From positions 92,836-156,835 of the forward strand of contig CAADTH010000045.1 in the NCBI GenBank assembly GCA_900751885.1: a stretch of DNA of 64,000 nucleotides, in the 5' to 3' direction. The notes beneath the pieces are model-generated. The model saw nothing but the letters and a program-made list of their open reading frames with translations, made no database searches and had not been told where the DNA came from. The position numbers were made by a program, and so were the translations under genes. Of the stretch, positions 57,301 through 64,000 are shown one piece after another (within the stretch, counting starts at the first letter, position 1; each line of letters opens with the position of its first letter). Source of the DNA: Clostridia bacterium. GTDB lineage: Bacteria; Bacillota; Clostridia; UBA1381.

Positions 57301-57987
57301 TCTTTTATTCAAATTATATGTTCCGTCTTGGAGCAATCGGGAAATAATCTCCAAATTATTACTATGAGTCTTTTCATAGTCTTTAAAAACCACAATATCA
57401 TTTTGTCCATATAAAGCCTTATAAATATCAGATAAAAATAGATCAGACTCAGATGAAGTGGGATATTTGCTTAAATCTACTTGTCCTATCGTATGATTTG
57501 TTATCACCTTTCGTTTCTTTAAAAGCTCGGCAATTTTTTCGACGCTATAGTATTTCCCCATGCTTTTAGCACCTAAAATGAAAATAATATTTTTCGGTAT
57601 AATATTATCATATCCGCTGACATACGGTCTTTTAAACGCGGTGCATAATTGAGAAATATAATTTTCGTCCGCGATTATTTCCTGAGATAATAGCACGTTT
57701 AAATCACTGAATTTATCTTCTATAGAATTTGGTTTTATAATCTTTTCATTTTTTGATGGATATGATAAAGCGGTATTCGTTCTTGCCGCCTGCTCAACCG
57801 CATTCGATATAGGCTGTTGCGGTTGATTTACAGCAGAGGCGCTTTCGCCGAACTGCGTATTTTCCACTGTACTATTCGCTGCCCCTGCCTTATATTTTCT
57901 TGTGATAAAGCCGTCTTTTTTTATTATTTCTATAATCTCCCATTCAGGGAATAGAAATTTTAGCGCTTTCTTAAGTGTACTTTTCAC
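54370..57987 (-). CDS. Giant multi-AAA+ ATPase: degenerate Clp-D2-like module plus three tandem CbbX/CfxQ/SpoVK-type AAA+ modules
   Basis: 1205 aa, GTG start with RBS GGAGGA. Walker A GNPGTGKT occurs three times (codons 451-458, 719-726, 990-997), each followed by L[LF]IDEAY Walker B. The N-terminal module has GAKSMGKY and VVFKDYEK in place of functional Walker A/B. Confidence 0.85.
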   Translation of the reverse strand: MKSTLKKALKFLFPEWEIIEIIKKDGFITRKYKAGAANSTVENTQFGESASAVNQPQQPISNAVEQAARTNTALSYPSKNEKIIKPNSIEDKFSDLNVLLSQEIIADENYISQLCTAFKRPYVSGYDNIIPKNIIFILGAKSMGKYYSVEKIAELLKKRKVITNHTIGQVDLSKYPTSSESDLFLSDIYKALYGQNDIVVFKDYEKTHSNNLEIISRLLQDGTYNLNKRYALQNNMLVEATGALLTNSIDVLHCNGKFFIFISEKGENQISETFGTAFTKCIGDIILMQNFKEQEIASITHMLIARFINKCKQYLKMNIATDSAFNDKIKSSFHTKTGIKGLEDYIENEIYKALSEYRLRNQTQSEESVFLSYNNCFVATINNQEIALSDFVKKYDSVAADKIKTELNTVIGLKSVKDYVLNIEENLKVQELRRVQGLKAADVSMHMIFTGNPGTGKTMIARMVAKYLKAIGVLSSGQLREVTRADLVGQYIGQTAQLTAQVIRSSIGGVLLIDEAYSLYRDKNDIFGLEAVDALVKGMEDNRDDLVVILAGYEKEIGELLKANPGLKSRFPNRINFEDYTPSELYHISLITARNKGYRIDSECEDGLLKLFEKSQIKGKNDNGNGRLVRNMVEAAILKQSRRIVQDHTVDLELLTKADFEFDETNNFDLETELSKIIGLSKVKDFVRTQHKLLIAQEKRRKADLKVDTTQSLNMIFSGNPGTGKTTIARVVADMFKQMGILKSGHLVETNKRGLVAEYVGQTARKTEEIFQKALGGVLFIDEAYAITNDGSSFGQEAIDTLIKLIEDYRGEILVILAGYEKEMKDFLKANSGLESRFPLRINFPDYSVDELFQIGLKMIESRGFVFTDASVNLFKEQIHNLQKHSNVHSGNGRMIRNYIDELVRNQSSRIAISDVASNEMNVILPEDIVVKKADNIRFDIEKEFENVIGLEVVKNYMRSLNARLRMQEERRKLGLQVDETQTRHMIFKGNPGTGKTMMARTVANMLYHMGVIRANKLVETDRAGLVAGYVGQTAIKTTQIVQSALDGVLFIDEAYSLIQGGENDFGREAIDTLVKLMDDNRDRLVVILAGYSNDMDNFLLKNAGLKSRFANIIEFPDYTIKELIQIAEKQYNSKGYMIDTQAKQSLYNLFETAKQNPQFGNGRFVRNVFEKSVDNQALRLSKDNDLTKEELITITAEDIKEVSV

Positions 57988-58094
57988 AGTTAATCCTCCA
58001 TTGCATTCTAACTCTTTCCACCAGTAAGAGACTCTTCTATGATATACCGAGCAATATTCCCAAAAAAACGGATAAACGTGAATTTCATCCCTTC

Positions 58095-58123
58095 ATTATA
58101 GCACATTTTTTTTCGCCATGCAA
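58095..58123 (-). promoter_or_regulatory. Candidate sigma-70 promoter for the AAA+ operon
   Basis: Minus strand TTGCAT, 17-nt spacer, TATAAT with TGc extended -10. Lies about 105 nt upstream of the GTG start. Confidence 0.45.
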
Positions 58124-58184
58124 TGTCTTAGGATCGCTTCCGTACAGGCTTCCATCGACCCCTAGCATTGTAACTATAAAAATA

Positions 58185-58223
58185 CCCCTGGAAAATCCTG
58201 ATTTTATCAGGTTTTCCGGGGGG
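58185..58223 (-). terminator. Intrinsic terminator after guaA
   Basis: Minus strand CCCCCGGAAAACCTGAT-loop-ATCAGGATTTTCCAGGGG followed by TATTTTTAT. Confidence 0.6.
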
Positions 58224-58229
58224 TTGTCA

Positions 58230-59762
58230 TTATTCCCACTCGATCGTTGCCGGCGGCTTAGACGTAATATCATACACCAAGCGATTGACATGATCCACCT
58301 CATTGATAATTCTGTTTGACACCTTTTCGAGCACATCATACGGAATCCGTGCCCAATCCGCGGTCATAAAGTCTGTTGTTGTCACTGCACGAAGTGCCAA
58401 TGTATAGTCATAGGTTCTCTCATCGCCCATCACACCAACACTTCTCATATCCGTAATCACTGCAAAATACTGATTGATTTCTCTGTCCAGTCCTGCGGCC
58501 GCAATCTCCTCACGGAAAATTGCATCCGCATCACGCAGAATTGCCAGCTTGTCCCTGGTGATTTCCCCAATCACGCGCACAGCAAGTCCTGGTCCCGGGA
58601 ACGGCTGACGCCATACCAAATTTTCAGGAATTCCAAGCTCCATTCCAAGCTTTCGCACCTCGTCCTTAAATAACTCGCGAAGCGGTTCAATGATTTCCTT
58701 AAAATCGACATGCTCCGGAAGTCCTCCCACATTGTGGTGGCTCTTGATAACCGCCGCATCCCCCGCGCCGCTTTCAATCACATCCGGGTAGATTGTTCCC
58801 TGCACCAGATAATCCACAGTCCCAATCTTTTTTGCTTCCGCCTCAAATACCCGAATAAATTCCTCTCCGATGATTTTTCTCTTCGTCTCTGGGCTTGTCA
58901 CCCCTGCCAGCCTATCTAAAAAACGATCCTGTGCATTGACACGAACCAGATTGATGTCAAACTGTTCGCGGAATATCTTCTCTACCTCGTCTCCCTCATT
59001 TTTGCGCAACAGTCCGTTATCCACAAAAATACAGGTAAGCTGTTTACCCACTGCCTTGTGAATCATGACGGCGGCGACAGAGCTGTCCACGCCGCCTGAA
59101 AGCGCACAAAGAACTCGCTTTTCCCCAATCTTGCTTCTGAGCTCTTCAATGGAGCGTTTGGCAAAATCACTCATCAGCCAGTCACCCTGACAGCCGCAGA
59201 TTTCATAGAGGAAATTTCGAAGCATCTCCTGCCCTCTTAGCGTATGGTTCACCTCCGGGTGAAACTGGACACTGTAAAGCTGTTTTTCCGCATTTTCATA
59301 AGCCGCCACCGGGCAGTTGTCTGTTGTCGCAGTGATGGTAAAGCCCTCCGGCACTTTTTCGATATGATCTGTATGGCTCATCCAGCACTGGTTATCCTGA
59401 TCAATTCCTGCAAACAGCTTGCTTTCCTTTGTATACAGCTGTGTTTTTCCATATTCCCTCTTATCCGCTCTGGTCACCTTGCCGCCGAGCATCTGTGCCA
59501 TCAACTGGCTTCCGTAGCAAATTCCAAGTACAGGCACTCCAAGCTCGAACACCTCCTGGCTGCAGTGCGGTGCATGGTCATCATACACACTATTCGGTCC
59601 CCCTGTAAAGATGATTCCCTTTGGATTTTTCTCCTTGATTCTCTCTATGTCCGCTGTATAAGGAAGCACCTCACAGTACACATTACATTCTCTGACCCTG
59701 CGCGCAATCAGCTGATTATACTGTCCCCCAAAATCCAGCACGATGACTGTCTCATTTTTCAT
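58230..59762 (-). CDS. guaA: GMP synthase (glutamine-hydrolysing)
   Basis: Start at [22 protein letters not shown]. GATase (GICYGSQL) and ATP-PPase (SGGVDSSV) motifs, and the C-terminus ...PPATIEWE typical of GuaA. Confidence 0.93.
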   Translation of the reverse strand: MKNETVIVLDFGGQYNQLIARRVRECNVYCEVLPYTADIERIKEKNPKGIIFTGGPNSVYDDHAPHCSQEVFELGVPVLGICYGSQLMAQMLGGKVTRADKREYGKTQLYTKESKLFAGIDQDNQCWMSHTDHIEKVPEGFTITATTDNCPVAAYENAEKQLYSVQFHPEVNHTLRGQEMLRNFLYEICGCQGDWLMSDFAKRSIEELRSKIGEKRVLCALSGGVDSSVAAVMIHKAVGKQLTCIFVDNGLLRKNEGDEVEKIFREQFDINLVRVNAQDRFLDRLAGVTSPETKRKIIGEEFIRVFEAEAKKIGTVDYLVQGTIYPDVIESGAGDAAVIKSHHNVGGLPEHVDFKEIIEPLRELFKDEVRKLGMELGIPENLVWRQPFPGPGLAVRVIGEITRDKLAILRDADAIFREEIAAAGLDREINQYFAVITDMRSVGVMGDERTYDYTLALRAVTTTDFMTADWARIPYDVLEKVSNRIINEVDHVNRLVYDITSKPPATIEWE

Positions 59763-59829
59763 TCCTTCCATCCTCTCCGCTTTCGCTGTCGTTTTATTAC
59801 AAAAATTATACCATTTTGTCCCCAAAAAT

Positions 59830-60300
59830 TCAATCTCTATTTTTTGACTCTACAATGAGAGTGACAGGACCATCATTGTGAATCTCAACCTGCATATCCG
59901 CCCCAAAGTTTCCTGTCTCGACCCGAAGTCCTGACTTCTCGCATTCTCTGACGAATGTCTCATACATCTCCTCTGCAAACGGCGGCTTTGCCGCCTTCGA
60001 AAAGCTGGGACGCCTTCCCTTTTGGCAATCGCCGTAGAGTGTGAATTGAGATACCACCAAAACCTCACCTTTTAAATCCTTGACACTTAAATTCATTTTC
60101 CCGTCCCCGTCCTCGAAGATACGCAAATCCATACACTTTTGTGCAACATAAGCGGCATCCTCCTGAGTATCCTCAGGAGAGACTCCGACAAAAATCAACA
60201 GTCCACAAGCAGACTCTCTTCTCTTGTCGCCAACCCGCCCAATTATCTGTCCCTCAACCTCTACTGACGCATACCGGACGCGCTGTAATACCGCTCTCAT
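59830..60300 (-). CDS. dtd: D-aminoacyl-tRNA deacylase
   Basis: 156 aa. MRAVLQRV...SQFTLYGD...GRRPSF...NDGPVT motifs. Confidence 0.88.
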   Translation of the reverse strand: MRAVLQRVRYASVEVEGQIIGRVGDKRRESACGLLIFVGVSPEDTQEDAAYVAQKCMDLRIFEDGDGKMNLSVKDLKGEVLVVSQFTLYGDCQKGRRPSFSKAAKPPFAEEMYETFVRECEKSGLRVETGNFGADMQVEIHNDGPVTLIVESKNRD

Positions 60301-62216
60301 TCCAGATACCCCTTTTCCTCAATCACTGCCTGAAGCTCCTCCCACTGTTCATACAGCTGTTCTAATTCTGTTTTCCGTGCGTTTACCATCTCCATGATTT
60401 CCGCCGCCTTTACATAGTCCGTCGCAATCTCCGGCTCTTCCAGCTCACTTTCTAAATTTCCAATCTCGTCTTCCATAGAGGCAATTTCCTTTTCCACCGC
60501 TGCAAAGCGGCTGAGCGTTTTTCTCTTTTCCGCCGCAATGCGCTTCTGCTCCTGATAGTCGAGCTTTTTCTCCTGCACCGGCTTATCTGCCTGTGCTTCG
60601 CTTTGTGACTGCTTCACCCGTTCTGCATAAAAATCATATCCGCCCTCATAGCTTACCACACCGCCCTTTTCCATGTGGAGAATCCTCGTCGCAAGCTTGT
60701 TGATGAAGTAGCGGTCATGGGAAACCATGAGCATCGTACCGTCATATCCGGCAAGCGCCCGTTCCAGTGCTTCTCTTGACTCGATATCCAAATGGTTGGT
60801 CGGCTCATCCATAATCAGCAGGTTCGCCCTTTGAAGCATCAACTTTGCCAAAAGGACACGCGCCCGCTCACCGCCTGAGAGCATACCAATTTGCTTGTAT
60901 ACATCATCCCCACGAAAAAGAAATACGGCAAGCGCGTTTCTCACCTGCGTCTGAGACAGATTGGGATAGTCGTCCCACAGCTCGTCTATCACTGTTTTGT
61001 TTGGATTCAGTCCCTCCTGCGCTTGATCATAGTACGCAACATCAATATTCGCTCCAATTTTATATGTCCCATTATCCTGTTCCAGCTGTCCGAGCAGAAT
61101 TTTCAACAGCGTCGTTTTCCCACATCCGTTCGCACCCAAAAGGAATACCTTCTCGCCCTTTAATATGTGCAAATTTGTATGCTCAAACAGCGTTTGATTC
61201 CCAAACGACTTGGAAAGCTCCTCTGTCACAATGACATCCTGCCCGCCGCCTGGCTTTGCCTGAAAGTGAAATTCCATCTCATCCGGCTCATCCATCGGCT
61301 TTTCCAGCCCTGCTTCCAGCTTGTCAATCACCTTCTGCTTGCTCTCAGCCATCTTGATGTTTCGTTCCCGATTCCATCTGCGCTGCTGTTCGACAACCTT
61401 CTCCAGACGTCCAATCTCTTTTTTGGTGTTTTCATATTGCCTTTTTTGTGTTTTTTGGTCAATCTCCTTCTGCTTGGCATACTCGCTGTAATTTCCATTG
61501 TAGGAAAAAAAACGTCCACGATCCAGCTCAAATGTCTTATTTGTCACACGATCCAAAAAGTATCGGTCATGGGAAATGACAATAAATGCACCCTGATACG
61601 CGCGCAAAAACTCCTCCAGCCATTCTACCGAATCGATATCCAAATGGTTGGTCGGCTCGTCTAACAGAAGAAGATTCGTATCAGAGAGCAAAATCTTTCC
61701 CAGCTCCAGCCTTGTTTTCTGTCCCCCGGAAAGCTTCTCCACCTTCTTTTGAAACTCCTCCTCTGAAAATCCAAGCCCCCTCAGTGTGGAGCTCGCACGG
61801 CTCTTGTAATAAAATCCGCCCTGATCGGAAAACCGCTCAGAAAGCACTGTTTGCCTTGCAACAAGCGTATCCAACTCCCCATTTTGGTGTTCGATATCCC
61901 AGCGAATTTCCTCCAGCTCCGATTCCATATCAATCAAATCAGAAACCACAGACAGAATTTCATCCATGACAGTTCTTTCCGGATGAACACACGCGTACTG
62001 CTCCAGATATCCAAGCCGTGTGTTTTTGTTTTGAAACAGCTCGCCGCCATCTATCTGCACACTTCCCGTTAATATGTTAAAAAAAGTCGATTTTCCGGCT
62101 CCATTTGGTCCGACAAATCCAATCTTATCATTTTCGTCTACACTGAAAGAGACTTTGTCAAACAAAGTCTCATCTGCAAACATTTTTTTTATGCTACTCC
62201 CATTGAGTAATATCAT
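60297..62216 (-). CDS. ABC-F family ATPase (two ABC domains, C-terminal coiled coil)
   Basis: 639 aa. GPNGAGKST and GANGCGKTT Walker A, two LSGG signatures, no TM domains. Confidence 0.9.
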   Translation of the reverse strand: MILLNGSSIKKMFADETLFDKVSFSVDENDKIGFVGPNGAGKSTFFNILTGSVQIDGGELFQNKNTRLGYLEQYACVHPERTVMDEILSVVSDLIDMESELEEIRWDIEHQNGELDTLVARQTVLSERFSDQGGFYYKSRASSTLRGLGFSEEEFQKKVEKLSGGQKTRLELGKILLSDTNLLLLDEPTNHLDIDSVEWLEEFLRAYQGAFIVISHDRYFLDRVTNKTFELDRGRFFSYNGNYSEYAKQKEIDQKTQKRQYENTKKEIGRLEKVVEQQRRWNRERNIKMAESKQKVIDKLEAGLEKPMDEPDEMEFHFQAKPGGGQDVIVTEELSKSFGNQTLFEHTNLHILKGEKVFLLGANGCGKTTLLKILLGQLEQDNGTYKIGANIDVAYYDQAQEGLNPNKTVIDELWDDYPNLSQTQVRNALAVFLFRGDDVYKQIGMLSGGERARVLLAKLMLQRANLLIMDEPTNHLDIESREALERALAGYDGTMLMVSHDRYFINKLATRILHMEKGGVVSYEGGYDFYAERVKQSQSEAQADKPVQEKKLDYQEQKRIAAEKRKTLSRFAAVEKEIASMEDEIGNLESELEEPEIATDYVKAAEIMEMVNARKTELEQLYEQWEELQAVIEEKGYLE

Positions 62217-63681
62217 CTTCTAATCCCCTCTTCAATCTGTCGACGACAGCCTCAAGCACCTTCACTCTGGCGTAATACTTTGAATTTGCCTCCACAATGG
62301 TCCATGGTGCATACGGCGTGGATGTTTTTTTTATCATCTCATCCACTGCCACGCGATATTCATCCCATTTTTCACGGTTGCGCCAGTCCTCTCCCGTCAG
62401 CTTCCATTGCTTTTCTGGATTTTCCTCCCTTGCCCGAAAGCGCTTTGCCTGCTCCTCCTTTGAGATATCCAGCCAAAATTTAATGATAATGATGCCGGCG
62501 CTTGCCAAAGCTTCCTCCATCTGGTTGATTTCGCGGTACGCCCTGCTCCATTCCTCTTTCGTACAAAGTCCCTCAATCCGCTCTACCATCACGCGCCCAT
62601 ACCAGCTTCGGTCAAAAATCGAGATATGTCCCTTTGTCGGTATGTTGTTCCAAAAGCGCCATAGATAGTGGTGCGCCGCTTCCTCCTCTGTCGGTGCGGC
62701 AGTCGGATATACGCGGTATGCTCTCGGATCAAGCGGCTGTGTAAGACGCTTGATTGCACCTCCCTTGCCTGCCGCATCCCAGCCCTCAAACACAATCACA
62801 GCAGGCTTTTTCTCCACATACATCTGGTTTTGCAGGTACCAGAGCCGCTCCTTCGCTTTTTTTACGCGCTCGTGATACGTCTTTTTATCCATCGTCTTGG
62901 ATAAATCAATCGCATCTAAGACCGTACAGCCTGCATCCTCCCGCTTTTCTGGTTCATCCTCAAAGGACACTGTCTGCCTCTGTGAAGCTTCCTCTTCCAG
63001 ACGTTGTATGACTGTGTGCATCACCTTTGCCGCCGCCCAATTTTCGTCCGACGCCTCCACAACCGTCCATGGCGCATAGGCGGTATCCGTCACGCTGAGC
63101 GCCTGGTTGTAGAACCTGACATACTCCTCATAGCTTTGATTCTGTTTCCAGTCGGCCTCATCCACCCTCCAGCTTGTCTCCCTCTTCTCTTCCAAATGAC
63201 GGAAGCGGCTCTCCTGCTCTTTCTTCGAAATGTGCAGAAAAAACTTGATGATGACGGCGCCGCTGTCTGTGAGCTGTTTTTCAAAGGTTAAAATGTCCCG
63301 GTAGTCATATACGGTCCGGTCAATATCGCCTCGCTTGCGATACTTGATAACTGGTGTATACCAGCTTCGGTCGAACAGGGCAATCTCCCCTTTTTTCGGC
63401 GTCTTTGTCCAAAATCTCCACAAATATGGACGCGACGCTTCCTCCTGTGTTTCCTTGTGAATACTGTAAACCTGAAATCCACGTGGGTCGAGTCCTCGAA
63501 TCAGCCGGTTAATCATGGTTCCCTTTCCCGATGCACTCCAACCCTCAAATATGGCAATCACGGGAATTCCCAGTCTTTTTATCTCCCTTTGCAACTCTCC
63601 CAACCGGTTTTCCAATACCTGTGCTTCCTTTTTATATGCCTTTTGGGAAAGCGTCTGATTCAGGTCTATCTGCTGCAGCAT
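62194..63681 (-). CDS. Two-domain polyphosphate kinase 2 family protein (polyphosphate:AMP phosphotransferase-like)
   Basis: 495 aa. Duplicated PPK2 modules (FEGWSASGKG... and FEGWDAAGKGG..., each with FDRSWY). Confidence 0.88.
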   Translation of the reverse strand: MLQQIDLNQTLSQKAYKKEAQVLENRLGELQREIKRLGIPVIAIFEGWSASGKGTMINRLIRGLDPRGFQVYSIHKETQEEASRPYLWRFWTKTPKKGEIALFDRSWYTPVIKYRKRGDIDRTVYDYRDILTFEKQLTDSGAVIIKFFLHISKKEQESRFRHLEEKRETSWRVDEADWKQNQSYEEYVRFYNQALSVTDTAYAPWTVVEASDENWAAAKVMHTVIQRLEEEASQRQTVSFEDEPEKREDAGCTVLDAIDLSKTMDKKTYHERVKKAKERLWYLQNQMYVEKKPAVIVFEGWDAAGKGGAIKRLTQPLDPRAYRVYPTAAPTEEEAAHHYLWRFWNNIPTKGHISIFDRSWYGRVMVERIEGLCTKEEWSRAYREINQMEEALASAGIIIIKFWLDISKEEQAKRFRAREENPEKQWKLTGEDWRNREKWDEYRVAVDEMIKKTSTPYAPWTIVEANSKYYARVKVLEAVVDRLKRGLEDDITQWE

Positions 63682-63701
63682 AAAAAAGCTTCCTTTCTGA
63701 G

Positions 63702-64000
63702 CTACTTCGTCTCCATCATTGGCTCAATAAAATTATGTAAAATGCTATACCCATAATACAAATCCGGGCACCATTTTCCGCCCAAATCCTCCAGGGTTTT
63801 TACTGTCCCTGCCCAGTCAATTTTTGACACGACATGATACCTTCCATGCGGCTCACCAATCGGCGCCAGTCCCACATACGCTGACATGTGATTAAAATGT
63901 CCGCGCACACCATCCTCCGGCGTGGCAAAGGTTTCATGATCCTCTGTCCTGTCACCCGTCGCACCTGCTACCTTGATTCCGGCCCAATTATTCTGATCCG
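63702..64000 (-). CDS. Partial ORF open to the window edge, function unknown
   Basis: The frame stays open upstream of the listed GTG (…DQNNWAGIKVAGATGDRTEDHETFATPEDGVRGHFNHMSAYVG…). No family recognised by eye. Confidence 0.45.
   Translation of the reverse strand, partial: DQNNWAGIKVAGATGDRTEDHETFATPEDGVRGHFNHMSAYVGLAPIGEPHGRYHVVSKIDWAGTVKTLEDLGGKWCPDLYYGYSILHNFIEPMMETK

Noticed and set aside
44247-57987. Idea that the CbbX/EccA-type ATPase plus the membrane-anchored S8 subtilase (mycosin-like) marks a type VII secretion locus
   Set aside because: No FtsK/SpoIIIE-type EccC/EssC ATPase, no WXG100-like small proteins, and no EssA/EssB/EccB/D homologues are visible. The subtilase is N-terminally anchored, unlike MycP. 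The analogy is too thin to report as a finding.
59763-59829. Looked for a purine riboswitch upstream of guaA
   Set aside because: Only 67 nt separate the dtd stop from the guaA start, and I saw no conserved purine-aptamer features. guaA is likely co-transcribed with dtd.

Overview
The window looks like a Clostridia-type Firmicutes chromosome, judged from gene content and synteny. Almost every gene is on the minus strand.

**Core regions**
- 1-33 kb is ordinary core genome:
  - a complete V-type ATPase operon (G/H-like, C, I, K, F, E, A, B, D)
  - a UPF0210/ACT gene pair, rlmB, and a P-type Ca2+-type ATPase
  - an ACT-hom-thrB-lysC operon
  - ctpA, DUF1934, murI, ddl, rluD, lspA, aroB
  - ileS with the yggS-sepF-ylmH-divIVA division cluster
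  - a patatin-like lipase
- 33.5-38.8 kb holds a very large secreted clan GH-A glycoside hydrolase and an AraC regulator.
- The window ends in core genes: guaA, dtd, an ABC-F ATPase, a two-domain PPK2, and a truncated ORF.

**Accessory content starts at about 38.9 kb**
- A 3-repeat orphan CRISPR array resembling subtype I-C, with no cas genes in the window, next to tRNA-Ala(CGC).
- A plus-strand cassette of DUF1622, McrB, McrC and a CAP12/PycTIR-type TIR-like protein.
- An AT-rich island of about 14 kb (44.1-58.0 kb), containing:
  - a 1205-aa protein with one degenerate Clp-like and three CbbX/SpoVK-type AAA+ modules, followed by two small membrane proteins
  - a Xer-like tyrosine recombinase
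  - two inverted dif-like 24-bp sites flanking a consensus sigma-70 promoter, which I read as a candidate invertible switch
  - an 8-gene operon of zinc-ribbon membrane proteins, a membrane-anchored S8 subtilase and DUF5050 propeller proteins

The switch plus the two flanking gene sets is the strongest candidate for an undescribed system.

All calls come from reading translations and motifs by eye. No database search or computation was run.
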